Below, piece by piece: positions 1-13,986 of a DNA stretch of 64,000 nt. Numbering within the stretch: the stretch's first letter is position 1; each line of letters starts with the position of its first letter. A model generated the notes under the pieces. It was given only the letters and a program-made list of their open reading frames with translations. It had not been told where the DNA came from and did no database searches. Source of the DNA: Octopus bimaculoides (Eukaryota); assembly GCF_001194135.2 (NCBI RefSeq), contig NC_068983.1, forward strand, positions 33,717,397 through 33,781,396, written 5' to 3'. A program made the position numbers and the translations under genes.

Positions 1-2416
1 ATTTAGGAACCTTCCTACACATATACTGATACACACACCACAAACACACACATTGATATCAATGGAAATCTTTCGCAACGTAACCTGTCAGTGTATCTTT
101 TATCAATACAAAACCGCTATGTTAATTATAATCCGGTGGTATTATCGAATGAGATATTACATTCCATAGATCTTTAGTAAGAGAAGACCAAAGAAAACTC
201 GGTAATTATAGATGATGAAATATATCTATTTTTCAAACGGTGTATCTGTCTCCAAATAAATCATAGCATTATGACTTTTAATGAATAGATGTCACTTTGA
301 AGCAATTAAATCGCTGTGTAGCTGTCAACATTGACTTAGATTTCCTTTATGTATGTATGTATGTATGTATGTATGTATGTATACATGCATGCATATATAT
401 ATATATATATATATATTCACACACACACACACACACACACATACATATATATGCACGTTTCTTCAACTATATATCGTGTTTGGTAAGATAATGAGAAATC
501 TCAGCTGCAAATTTATGGTTCTAATGATGTCCTCTTATGTCTATTAAATTCGTATAAAATTTTACATTCTACGATGAAGTTATAATTATACCCTCAATCA
601 CAAAGACAAAAATGTGATCTCCAGCATCGTTAAGAAATTACAGGGCAAATATGGCAGCGGTTTGACTGAAATGTTTGAGCGCTTCACCAAATAACTAAAT
701 ATATAACATCAATTATGTTCCCGCATGAGATCATGCGATTTCTTTTCATGTATCGAGTTTGTATTAAATGTTTAACTCTCTTATGATTCTGCCCTGCGAA
801 ATTATGTTCCTGTGTCAATGAGCATTTTAAACTTTTCTAAATGCTTTTTCGCTCTCTTTTTGCCTTTACGTTATGTAACACTATGGTATGTCTCCGGTTT
901 GAGAATTCCTTCCTTCATCCGTCCTACCAATCCCTGGGGCCTTGTGATGAGGTATGGCCATACCCTTTCTGCCTAACAAATGAAAACACGATATATTGAA
1001 TCATGAAATAACATCAAATGAAAATATTATAGAAGCGGCTGGATAATTGTTACATTCTTATTTATTTCCTGAATGCGTGTCAAGTTATTACTTTGTTGCG
1101 AGCTTACAGCTGAGTTTTAAACTATCACTCACACATCCTTCCAGATCAGAACCATGACCTAACATACTAGTATGAATAGCATTGCATTGTCATAATAGGT
1201 ATTAATATCCATTAGAAAATTGCTCAACCGTTCGACGTTAGCTATCTATCACGGATGACTGAGTACTTTAAATTTTGAGTTTTCCCGAAGATTCTAGTAA
1301 AATTTGCTTGCAGTTAACACATCAATCTCTCGCTAGAGATCCCACCCACAGTTCAGTTGGAATTTTATGACTTTGTACATTGTGTCACTCGGCCTCTATT
1401 GCATACTGTTCTACATATGCTTGTGTTTTGTTCGACAAAAAGTACCGTTTTTAAGTTGTAATATCGAATTACTTGCACGCACTTACTTGCACTAGTCCTA
1501 AATGAAATTCTTTCGTCCTCAAAACTATGAGGCATTTTCATAATATTTTCTATTCCGTTAATTATCTCTTGAATATTGTTATGTTTAATCTAATATCTGT
1601 ATACATATAGGTATAAACGGTATGGGTTAATAAGGAAACGTGTTAACGAAAATAAATATTAGTGTTCTTATTCTTTTCTTTTCTTTCCATTTAGCGTATT
1701 TAATATTGTGAATTACGGAAACTTAATGACTAAATCTCATATCAAAACTTGAAGCTAGTTGTTTCTTGACGTTTGATATCATGCAACATAAAGGAACATA
1801 ATGGGGAAAAAAAAATGAATAACCAAATACGGTTCCTTCTTTTCTTCAAGTGAGGTTCAGTAGGAATCGTCGCAGATAAGCGCATAAATTTTTAATGACA
1901 CAAGCAAAAGCTTGGGAAAAGCATAGGCACGAGGGAACATTCATATTTCCTTACAAGGAAAAAAAAAACTCAGTAATGAACGAGAAAGTATGATGAGAAA
2001 ATATTCGAGTAACAGGAAAGTGTTTTTTCGAATGACAGTCACAGATCTACTTCTAAAAACAAACATTATAAATATGATTACATAATATGTATGAAGTGTT
2101 TTTTTTCAAGTCCTGTTAATCCTTTTGTTCGAAGACTCGAGAAAGGCAGGATCCATCTTTAGCAATTCTCCTATATTTGATTTAACCACGTGATTATACA
2201 ACAAATATTGACGTGGCATTATATTGCCTAGCGTTCATATTTTCGTAACTTCAATGCGCAAAAGTTATACTTAAACACGTATCTGTATGTTCGCACTCAC
2301 ATATACAAACAGAAGCCATACACACAGACTTATATTACATAAAATGTAAAGAATATGATCACAAACACACACATACACATACATCTCTCTATCTCTCTTT
2401 CTCTCTCTCTCTCTCT

Positions 2417-2504
<88 letters not shown>

Positions 2505-2614
2505 CTATGAGCGTATTCACATACGCACACTTATATATACTACTTATAGCAGGAAGTAGCATGATCTAAAAGTTCACCTTACATACATATATGTATCAAC
2601 ACGCATACACACTG

Positions 2615-2674
<60 letters not shown>

Positions 2675-3597
2675 GTATACAGTTACACATACACACACAC
2701 AAACACACACACACACAGAAATGGTTTTTATTTAAGTACATACAAGCTTATAGAAACGTATGCATGAACATTTGTATAAAAGAAAATCATGCGTGTCGAT
2801 ACAATATGAACTAGTTTTCTTATGTAAATTTTTGCAAACGATATTTTAGAATTCGAAATACTTTAGTAAGTTAAGAAAATCAAACTGGGAATCTCATTGA
2901 TTTTTTGACATTGCTAGTGACATCTATTCATTGACAAACTGTCATCATAATAACTTTTCTTCATACTTCTGTTATGGTTACCCATTATACACACGCACAC
3001 GCACCCATACACACACATGTATATGTATATATAAAAACAGATAGTAAATGAGTATATGCATATATACGTACAGGTATGTGCATACCGACATCCACCTGTA
3101 TGTATAGGTGCATATCTGGGTACAGGACATTGCAAACAAAACAGAGACGAGAAAACACACAAGCCACATAGAGAACATTCTACTTCATCAGCTACCTCCG
3201 TTTTATACGTATATATATANNNNNNNNNNNNNNNNNNNNNNNNNNNNNNNNNNNNNNNNNNNNNNNNNNNNNNNNNNNNNNNNNNNNNNNNNNNNNNNNN
3301 NNNNNNNNNNNNNNNNNNNNNNNNNNNNNNNNNNNNNNNNNNNNNNNNNNNNNNNNNNNNNNNNNNNNNNNNNNNNNNNNNNNNNNNNNNNNNNNNNNNN
3401 NNNNNNNNNNNNNNNNNNNNNNNNNNNNNNNNNNNNNNNNNNNNNNNNNNNNNNNNNNNNNNNNNNNNNNNNNNNNNNNNNNNNNNNNNNNNNNNNNNNN
3501 NNNNNNNNNNNNNNNNNNNNNNNNNNNNNNNNNNNNNNNNNNNNNNNNNNNNNNNNNNNNNNNNNNNNNNNNNNNNNNNNNNNNNNNNNNNNNNNNN

Positions 3598-3635
<38 letters not shown>

Positions 3636-6308
3636 CATGTATTTATCAGGTCTCGATATATGTGCTTCTCTATTACATAAATATATTCTTTCTTTTATTT
3701 CCGACTTTTTGCCTCGGATTCTTTGATATTCTCTGTGTACTTGAATAACTGTGAATTCTTTTTGATAAATTCCATAGCATTCCCCACTTTAAAAAAAAAA
3801 AAAATCAAGTATGTTATTTTCATTATTCTATCTATTATTTTCTTTATTTTATATTTTGTATATTTTTTCAGTTCTACTAAAGTCTGTTGTTTAATGTAGT
3901 TAACCACATTGAACTTCTAGTTTGATTATCGTTTCTTGTGTCTGAGATAGTATAGTTCAACCCGTATTACAAGCATTGTGATGTATATATATATATATAA
4001 TAAAGGCATTATTCACGGTTTCGGTATTCCGTGATCGTGACAACTTCGATCCATAGCACTGTAATGGATGGGTAATCTTTTACATGGATGTCTTCAGGGG
4101 TACATTACAATTAATTTATTTTGCGTGACCAAAACCTTCAAGCCCTCTAATAAGTATCTAACGTCAGTCTGTCCCTTGCACATGCATATTCGTTAGATAA
4201 TTGATACTTGTGATAAGACAGCTTGTATTTTGTGTGCTTCGGATCTTCCCCTAGAATGAAAAACCGAAACGAACATTATCGATATCACATACTTTGTTTC
4301 TTTTAAAAAAGCAAGAAAGTAGCAGAACCCAACCGAAAGATATGCACTGTATACAAGTAGGAATCTGTTATAGAATCTCTGTAAAGTAGTGGTTTTCAAG
4401 ATTTCGATCGGGAAATATTTTGGTTCAAGACGCACCTCAATCTGGACGGTTAACTGGCATTAACACAGACCCCCAAACCTATTTATACGACCGGCCTTTC
4501 GCAGGTATTCTTCAAATATCAAAATTGTATGTTGAAAACCATCTGCATCAACTTGGTTATGTCAGCAGGCTCATATCCGTCTAATCGATTTCCATGTGTG
4601 GTTCGTTGGAGAAATATGAAGAAAAAGGATTTTTCGCATGTAAAGAGGGAATATTCTTTAGGCAGGGAATAATGGATCTGTCCTAAAGATGGTAGAATAT
4701 ATTAGAACGAATTATGTCATTGCTTGAATGAATCGCTTTGCATTTAAGACTTATTTCTTATTTCCGTTTATAAACCGAACGGAGGTTTTGGACAACGCAA
4801 TACTATGTGAAAATATTTGGCAATATGCTGTATCATACTCATCGTATGTGTTCACTCATCTGACTAGGGGCCTATGTCAAATACTTCTTGTCGAGATTCA
4901 TCTCATCTTCATAGCAAGTTTATATAGCGAAGTCAAGATCATAGGTTGGTAAGTTTTCTTTAAAACACCCGAAAAGATCAGTAATATTTCCAGCAATAAA
5001 GTTTATTATTAAACGTGAAAATGAGGTTATTTACAGAGGTTTTAAGGCTAGCACCGACACCACGTGCGATCGCCGTTATAATTCAGCAGAAGTCCAAAGT
5101 GGGTTAGGTAGGTCAGGTCCTACAAACCAGGTTCTATATATGCCTATTTCACCGAGGAAGTACTAGTGGAGGAGTCCATTTTCAACTAAGTTATACTTAG
5201 AATGGTATTCCTTTATACAAATGAAGGCTTTGGAGAAACTCAATTCATCAACATATATATTGTTTACATGTCACATCGGTCTCACAGATTGACGCCACTC
5301 ATTTCTTGATGATAAAATCTATATGGATGAATTAGCACGATGAAGCTTCATCCATTTCACCTATGAGATGCTTAGTCAGATGGAATGTGTGGTTGTATTC
5401 TTGAGATGCTAACACACGCAATCACTTATATTTCTCTGGAGGCCCATAAAATGTATGACAGAAAATATAGTCTATGGTTGCTAGAATTGTTAACACCTCA
5501 GGCAGGGCAGAGAGGCGTCCCAATAATATGATCATGGGTATTTTGGTCTTTCATGGTCATAAGATGGAGCTATTTCATTGGTGATCGCTAAAAAATTGAT
5601 AGCTGTGTGCTTGCCAGACTGTATGATATTACATTCCATTATAAGTACTAACTATTTATTTCAATAAATTTGTCCATTGTTCTCTATATGTATCACAATA
5701 TCACAACTGTTTACATTGGGCATTATTCTCTACATATTTACCCATACCTTTGTTCGCTTGCTTCTTAGTTTCTTCTGTTTAGCCTGTTCTCCCATCTTCC
5801 CAAACACATTAGGGTTCCACATTTAAATGCCTTCACCTCTTAGATTCGATTGGACAAAACGAGAAATTCTCACGTATCCTACATGCATTGTAAATGTTTT
5901 CAGGTGTAAACAAATTTAAGCTATATCTCGTACTACACTCATAACTGCAAAGTTTATAACTTTACGGATCGATTTGGGCATTTATTTCGAAAGCACTCCT
6001 CTTCCATCAGAAAAAACAGTTTTCCCCTATGATAATTATTATATTTAATATGCTTTCAAATTTAGCAGCTGATTTCGATCCTATATTATAATTAGCTTTC
6101 AACTTTCTCTTAAAAGATTAAATTATGAATTCCCGATTGCGTTTAAATCTGTCGAATTACTCAGAAAGTACATCATTAATGTCCTATTTACTTTCGTTTT
6201 CTTTTTGTGGTCTGTTTATAATTTAGAGTGCTGCTAATGGTTAAAAAGGTATGCATTTGCATACATACATACACACACATATATATAATCACAATCTTCA
6301 TATGCATC

Positions 6309-6359
<51 letters not shown>

Positions 6360-7123
6360 TATATATATGCACCTAAACACATATAATGTACATATGCAGT
6401 CATACACACACACATACAAGCATATATATACACATACAGTAGTTATGGAAAATATTCCTTTCACAAACCTTCCCATGTCAACTATTTCGAAATATGAATG
6501 TCAGTAGGTATATTTTGAAATGTTTGACTGAAGGAAGATATGTTTTAAGAACTGTCTTACGTAACTACGCACAACATGTGTACTAAATGCATTCAGAATA
6601 TCCGGATATCAACATTACTTTTGTCTTTATTCTGGTGTCAGATGAATGTCTTCCATCCCTATCTACTGTGTCTTTATTTTAGCAGAACGAGAATTTGAGA
6701 GTGGAATGTTTCAACAGAACCACAGTTGATAAATCCTTGTATGTAGTATTTTAAATCTGATATATGTACGCAATATTGAAATTTGTACGGTATAATTCCA
6801 ACCACAAAAAAATGTTGAAACCGCAATATTCGAACCCTCTGCAATCATTTACGATGATGTAAACTTGTGCTGCGGCCATTCAATAATGTTATCATTTGTA
6901 AGCTGCCTGGGCTTTGTTGCCTCATTTGATATTCAACTCAAACACATACGCACGCGCGCACACACACGCATACACATGCGCGCCGCACACATATATATGT
7001 ATGTATAAATATAGCTATATACATATATATAGTGAATCACACACAACATACATATATGTGTGTCTGTGTTCCTATACTTTTGTATGTGTATATATATACA
7101 CGTACTTTATCTGTATACATGTA

Positions 7124-7166
<43 letters not shown>

Positions 7167-7222
7167 CACACACACATACACACACACACACACATATATA
7201 TAAATATATATATATATATATG

Positions 7223-7255
<33 letters not shown>

Positions 7256-7722
7256 TTATATATATATATACGTATATGTTTGAATAAATGTGATGTACAT
7301 ATATATGAATGCATATATGCTTATTATGCGCACGCACACAAATATCTATGTATGTATGCATGTGTGCATATATGTATGTATTCACGCGCACGCGTCTGAG
7401 TAGGCATGTAAAAGAAGCCTAGCATAATTAAAATTTTAATTACCTAAACTGAATCTACTCGATTTACCGATATGGAAAATGGAGTAGAAATTCTAAGATT
7501 GTATCGACAATATTTCGAGAAAGTAATTTAATAGGGAAGTTTTTCTCAGAGAATATCTCAGGATCTTAAGTAATTTTTTCAAGTATGATTCATTATGGTG
7601 TTGTGGGAAAAATTGCTACTGATGCTGGTATATCATACATGTAACTTTAAAGCATTAAAAACACGTATTTCATGGCAGTAAACCAATAGATAAACATCAT
7701 TTCGTTGGTAATAAATGACACT

Positions 7723-7758
<36 letters not shown>

Positions 7759-8267
7759 GCTAGTAAAGTGGACAATCATAGTAAAGGATCAGTTGAAATT
7801 TATAGAGGTACAAAACAGCTTCTATTTAGCAGTGCAGGAGCATGCCAGATATATCAACCAAATTTTCTTTAAATCACATCATACTGTCTCAAATTCCAAC
7901 TAATGAAATGCATAATGTAGTCGTGGATAATGTATATCTGAGAAGCGGAATGACTGGCCCCAGTTGCAACGTCTTTGCTAATAGGGCTGCTCGATCAAGA
8001 CTGCGAAATGTGAAACAAAGCAAGGTGTGCCATATAACGGTATCATTTCGTTGTATAATTGATAAATTCAAATTATCATATAAGATTATTTCTAACACGG
8101 CTACAAACCGACCTCTAAAAGAAGAGACTTATTTATCTAAACCGGAAAACAGAATTTACCAAGAGTGATGTAAACACAGATGGACGTAAGTTAAATAATT
8201 ATAAGTTACTCAAAAGCCAGCTGTGTATTGCGTTATTTGAAATTTACTACAATTAATGATATATATT

Positions 8268-8460
8268 TGGCTTCAAACTTTGGCACAAGCCAGCAATTTC
8301 AAGGTAACGCGTAAATGGATTACTTGTGCTTATTCTATCGACTCCGAAAGGATCGAAAATCAAACTCAGTCACAGCGGAGTTGACTCAGAACGTAAAGAC
8401 GGATGAAATACTGCTAAACACTTAGCCAGGCGTGCTAGCGATTCCGCCACCTCACTTCCT
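8268..8460 (-). mobile_element. tRNA-derived SINE (family A), degenerate full-length copy
   Basis: Homologous by eye to copies at 9222, 15163, 15371 and 44200 (ggcacaaggccagcaatttc...tacttatt.tatcgac..cgaaaggat...ctcagaacgtaaagacggacgaaata...ggcgtgctaacgatt); Pol III A/B-box-like head on the minus strand. Confidence 0.8.
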
Positions 8461-9221
8461 TATTTTATAACATATATATATATATATTAACTATTTGAAA
8501 AAGACCCAAGGAGCAATGTTTTGAGGGGAAGATCAATGTATATATCAAGCCCATAAATGGTACTTCATTGTATCACTCGCAGATTGGAAGTTGAACTGCA
8601 AATGTAATGAGACGGAAATTCATACACCAATACGTTTTGATTGCGAATCTACTAATTCGGAGCCTATAGAGATTTATGTAGTAATGGTTTCTAGAATATC
8701 GGTCGGGTTTGACTATCACCGATGATCTGTCCTGGCAAAAGGACATCCTTCACATATCTGAACTGCATCCCATACATATCTGTTCATGACTAAATAAATA
8801 TTTTAGCCTTCAACATCTGCTGTTACTCGAAAGCGTCCTGTGAGACCTATAATTGCGTATTGATTTCAAATTTGGTTGCTGCACTTTAACCCAAATAGTA
8901 TAACTTGACAATTTGGAATTTAATCCTACTGGACAAGCTCTATTCTCAGGTGAGAAAACAGCACGCCAAAAGTTTTTAGATATATAAATAAGGATTTTTA
9001 GCACTTGCACGATACTGCACTTACTTTTTCTTTTGCTGTTTTTGCTGGTACTGTTCAGTTATATCTTGTATTTGTCTAATATATTATCGTTCGATTCTAG
9101 ACGCATGAGGGACAAATTCAAACCCTTAGGTTTAAAACACAGGTCGCAAAAATCCACAATTAAATACTCCAACGTATTTATTTTGATTCTGTTGATTCTG
9201 CTATTATGTACAGAATATAGA

Positions 9222-9390
9222 TTTCCAAGATTAGCACAAGGCCAGCACTTTATGTGTTGGGTGGAGAAAGTTATATCGTTACCAATACTTGAGTACTTAT
9301 TTTATTGATCCCGAAAAGCAAAGTCGACCTCGATGAAGTTTGATCTCAGCAGTTTGCTGGCGTGTTATCGATGCTACCTGCTCACCGTCT
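9222..9390 (-). mobile_element. tRNA-derived SINE (family A), internally deleted copy
   Basis: gcacaaggccagcac...gtacttatttttattgatcccgaaaagcaaagtcgacctcg matches the other copies in the window. Confidence 0.7.
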
Positions 9391-10637
9391 TACTGCATAA
9401 CAATAACGTTAAAACAAGCAGTGAAGTGCTAATAAAAACTCTGTATCTGGCTATCTATTGTTTGTGGAAGATTTAATTCTGTGATCTTGTACAAAGCACT
9501 TTTTCAGTATTTTCGTACTGATTATCTGGAATGGAAACAGTTCCGTAGAAATACATTGCTATTTCTTATCATAAACAGTATATATGAGGACGTGCGTGCG
9601 TGTGTGTAGATCTGTCAGTCAGTCTTTTTGTCTGAGAATAAAACACATACGTAGAAAAACAGGAACTTAATACAAAGCGGAACGTGAGTACAAAATCGTT
9701 TTTCGCAATTTCTTTGTTCGTATCTCCCATTAACCTCCTTACCTACATCAGAATTTAATATTAAAAGTAGGATATAGGGCAGCGAATTAATAGAAAAGGA
9801 AAGCCATCGTGTTTATTTACGTATCCTTATTTTTAGAGTTCAAACCCCACCGTACTCAACTTCGGCTTTCAGTCTGTCAATTACTGTGCCAATGTAATAA
9901 ACAGAGCGTGTCAAATATTGATTGCTGTAAAGTAATTTGCTATATACAAATGTAAGGTCTTTTGCCTATGATTAAAATCGATAATTAATATTATGGCAGG
10001 CGATGATCATTGTATTTATCGCCTGCAATAATAATTATTGATAACTTGTTACTGGTGTGTTGACAGTTTTCATATTGTGCAATATAATATCTACAGAAAC
10101 TATTCGACAAAACGTATAGCCGGCCTTATATATATATTTGGTTCTCATTTACAATAAAATTGTGCGCAACCAGATGTAAAAGTGGCGAGTCAGAAAGTTT
10201 AATCATTTGTTGGAATTTCATAAGTAGTTGAGTGCACCAACATCAAATTTTTCGTTCACAAATGCTACATATAAGAAGACGTTTCAAGGAGTAAAAGCAA
10301 AGCTAACAGCAGTGCCAAAGCATGATCCAGAGCTAAAATTAGTGATAATAAAAGAAAAAAAAATGTGTTCAATATTCAGCTGTTCACAGAAACATTCATT
10401 ATTACTACACAGTTAAAACAGCTCGTTTTAATAAAATGTTTGCTGGGTCTTGGGTCAATACTGTATTATATCATGTCATATTATAGACTTTCCAGTTAAG
10501 ATTATATATATATATATAATCTTATGTATATATATATATATATATNNNNNNNNNNTATTATATCATGTCATATTATAGACTTTCCAGTTAAGATTATATA
10601 TATATATATAATTCTTAATAACATTACTGGCAGGGAC

Positions 10638-10698
10638 TTCGAAGTTTCGATCAGCCAAGTCATCGCTGGACGATGACTTAGCTGGCCGAAATTTCGAA
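10638..10698. repeat. 28-bp-arm hairpin made of two head-to-head hammerhead-like half cores (PLE pLTR-like)
   Basis: 10638-10665 vs reverse complement of 10671-10698: 24/28 identical, 5-nt loop; each arm reads ..CGA-T-GAC-N7-(G/A)(T/C)C-GAAA-palindrome. Confidence 0.65.
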
Positions 10699-10850
10699 TT
10701 CATTCTCAATGATCTTGTTTAAGAATAATAAATTTCCTACTCTACAAAAATATAGACTAGCCCAGCGAATTAATGTAAAATTGTTTATATATACACATAT
10801 ATATATATAAACAATATATTCTCTGAAGTAGCTGTATGCAGTCAATTTAA

Positions 10851-11283
10851 TGTGACAGTCCCATGAAGGGAACAATACTACTGTTGGTTAGACCTAGGAA
10901 GCTGCACCGCTTCCTGTCAGCCTTGACACATTTCCTGTGTCCTTATGTTTACAAAGGGGAGACAAGCACCTCCACCAAACTAAGCCTGCATCCAGAGACA
11001 TGTTTTTGAGTCTTTGCTTCTCATCAGTCTGGAGTAGCATGACCTGCTAGTCGAAGATACCTGTCAAGCTCTTGTAAACATATAATAATTCTAGTGAAAT
11101 AAATTCATTGATTTCAAATTTAGAAATAATCCATTTCTAAATCTCTCAAAGTGATCTATGCAGTAGTGATACGATGCAGTAGTAAACATAAGGACACAGG
11201 AAATGTGTCAATGCCGACATGAAGTGGTGCAGCTTCTTAGGTCTAACCAACAGTAGTATTATTCCTTTCAGGGGACTGTCACA
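10851..11283. mobile_element. 433-bp foldback/MITE-like element, 102-bp inverted arms, TGT...ACA ends, TTAA on both flanks
   Basis: 10851-10952 vs reverse complement of 11182-11283: 94/102 identical; TTAA at 10847-10850 and 11284-11287. Confidence 0.85.
10991..11033 (-). ncRNA. Degenerate type-I minimal hammerhead motif in the foldback spacer
   Basis: Minus strand TCCAGA-CTGATGA-GAAGCAAAGACTC-AAAA-ACATGT-C-TCTGGA: 6-bp stem I, canonical CUGAUGA, palindromic ACAUGU stem III, GUC site; G12 lost and stem II decayed. Confidence 0.55.
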
Positions 11284-13439
11284 TTAAGTTCACAGCAAAC
11301 AACTTCGAGCTGATATTGTAATATCCGATGATATAACAGAAACAACGGAACGCTCAGTATCAACGTCGGGCATTTAAGGAGAAAATAAATACAACTCTGC
11401 ATAACCATCTGTTTCGTATTTATCTGAAAAGTTGTTTGCAAGGTTTCACAACCGATAATATCCTAGCATACATATGCACACACCTACACATACAAGCAAA
11501 TACATACACATATTTATACAAAAGATTAAGATAAATATTAATTTGGGGGAATTTTATTTTGCGTACACTGTCCCTATAAGAGACATGAGGGCATTTATAA
11601 TATGCACACTAAGAAATACCAAAGAATGACATGCAGCTTGTAGCAATCCTAGTGGCAGCGTTCCATTGTGTTTCGAGATTAACAAATTTTACCACATTCC
11701 CAGTTTCATGCCATCAGTATACGTGCTTCGTGTCATGCTTTCTGTCGTTGGTTAAATGAATGGGAAGTGGCTGGATAACACAAGGAATTATGGTTGACTG
11801 TGTTTTTCATGTTTTGTGCAGTATATTGAATCATATTGCTTCAAGGTATATTAGAAATGAATATTTGAATATCAATAAGAATGGATACCCAAAATTACTT
11901 TTTCGCTTCAGTGTTGGAATCATACACACAGCTTATAGTAATGAGTGTATTACATAATGTTTCTTAATGTTAATAATATTAATATTTCTTTGTACTTCCA
12001 TTCGCCTTTGAAAATATTGCATTAAGAAACATTCCTACAATTCAAGATATATCTTCTAAACATATTCAGTGTGCTTCACTTAGGTACATTGGATTGTGAA
12101 ACTGCTAGAAATAGCGCTGAACTAGACAAAAAAAAAAACGAAAAGAGGAAGTATTATTTATTTGCTGTCACAAGAGGCACTTTCTTCTGCGCAGTTACAA
12201 TCTGTCCAATTCCAAAGAAGACGACATGCTGTGAGCGCTACATGGTAGCTAGCCTCAAAATTAAATAAGTTATAAATATTTCTCCTTAGATCAGAGTCGT
12301 CCGTCAGTTTTAACTATCACCTAATTGGCCGATTCCAATACAGCTCCTTCTCGTACTTCATTTCACAAAGAATTATCTGTAAGATTGCGCGCGCATCAAC
12401 GTCTGAGTGACAACACTGCGAACCATCAACTAATTCTTATAAATATAAACCATGCATTATATTGTGAGAGGACATTTTCTTGCCTTTCTTAACATATAAA
12501 GCTATTTATTTGCAGACGTACATACGCATATACACACACATGTATAGACACGAATGCGTATATACATACACACATACATATATACATATGCACACACACA
12601 CACGCGCGCGCGCGCTCACACACATACATATATATACACATATATTTATACATATATGTTGTGTCTGTTTCTCTCCATATATGTATATATACATACGCAA
12701 ACAAACTTGACACACACTCAAACACACACGGACACAAAAGTATATACAGAGAGAAAATGAGAGCTAGTGGGAGAGAGAGAGTGAGACAGATAGAGAAAGA
12801 GAGAGAGAGAGACAGAGTGAGAGAGAGAGAGAGAGAGACAGAGAGGGAGAGAGACAGAGAGAAATATCTTTCATGGAAGTGTGTATAGAAGCGTGAGCGC
12901 ATAGTTACCTATTTTCTTGAATCCGTTTTTATACGATAACTTTTTCTGAACAGTAAGAAGCTTACAAATAAATTAAGCTGTTAATATATCACAGTATAAT
13001 TGTGTTTATTGTGTGTACTTCTTAATGAAAAGAATGATACAGACATAGATACATACATACATGCGTACATACACACAGAGACAAACACATGACTATATAT
13101 ATTCAATAGACTCACTACAAGTGTTAGATATATGAAGACTTTGTAACAATAGCTAATAAGTAATGCGCTGTTGAAAGGTAACTTGCCAAAGAAAGAATCT
13201 TTAAGATATATTCCTATAGAAATAGTTACATTGTGAAATAGGTACAAAATAATGATAAAACTGATTTTCAACAAATAGGAAAGAAAAAATAGAATCATTT
13301 TTTGACAAATGGAGAGAAGCGGAATTAGATTTGCCAAGAGAAAAAAAAATTTGATGCTAAACCATACATTGATAAATACAAATATTGTGTTTTCGGTTTT
13401 GGCATGACAGATTCAAACAAGTTTTCTCATTTAAGTCAG

Positions 13440-13920
13440 TATATTCCAACTAGGTTAAAAATAAATATTTAAAGCATTAGGCATCCATATTTTAGTTCCT
13501 TCAAGGATAGCTTATACTATATTTAACTGGGCATTAAAGGAGTTAGCAAGCCTTGAAAGGAAAGAATAAAAAGAATGAATTTAGAATACAACACACGGCA
13601 TTTGAAAGAGAAAGATTATATATACAACGAATTCTGCGGGCTAGTGTTGTCATGCAAGTAGAAAAGTATTCAAAAGTTTCTCTTGTGAACTAACAATATA
13701 CATGATATAGAACCAAGCAAATATTAATACAAACAGCTACAAAACATGACTAAAACAAAACACTGTATTCAAGAAAGTTAAGAAATACAAAACAAGCTTT
13801 AATGATAGATATTTCTAACGCGATAGGAGCACCCATCACACAAATTATGAAAAAACTAAACCGACGCCTAAAAGGAGACAACAAAATCAAATCTGCGACT
13901 AAAGGATATTTGGAGGTACA
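13440..13920 (+). mobile_element. RLE-type (R4/Dong-like) non-LTR retrotransposon remnant, post-RT region
   Basis: Interrupted translation ..FNWALKELASLERK...ERLYIQRILRASVVMQVEKYSK resembles the W...EL..LDRK...ERLY.PR..GGRG motif; many stops and frameshifts. Confidence 0.55.
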
Positions 13921-13986
13921 GGATCAAATCCTTCCATTTACAAACCACCAAAAAAACACGTAAAAATACAATATATTACAGGATTT

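Noticed and set aside
593-694. Protein-like frame LNHKDKNVISSIVKKLQGKYGSGLTEMFERFTK*
   Set aside because: Short, no start codon or convincing acceptor, no recognised family.
1495-1550. Minus-strand CCTCA/TGAGG stem followed by GACGAAAG..TC
   Set aside because: Core ATGAAAA and stem I do not fit a hammerhead.
6683-6738. Possible small plus-strand exon (ttttag/cag ... gtatgt)
   Set aside because: Splice-like signals only; no homology or partner exons.
7842-8168. 108-aa ORF
   Set aside because: No recognisable motif or splice context; plausible by chance.
10464-10612. About 55-bp direct repeat on both sides of a 10-N gap
   Set aside because: Typical overlapping-contig assembly artefact.
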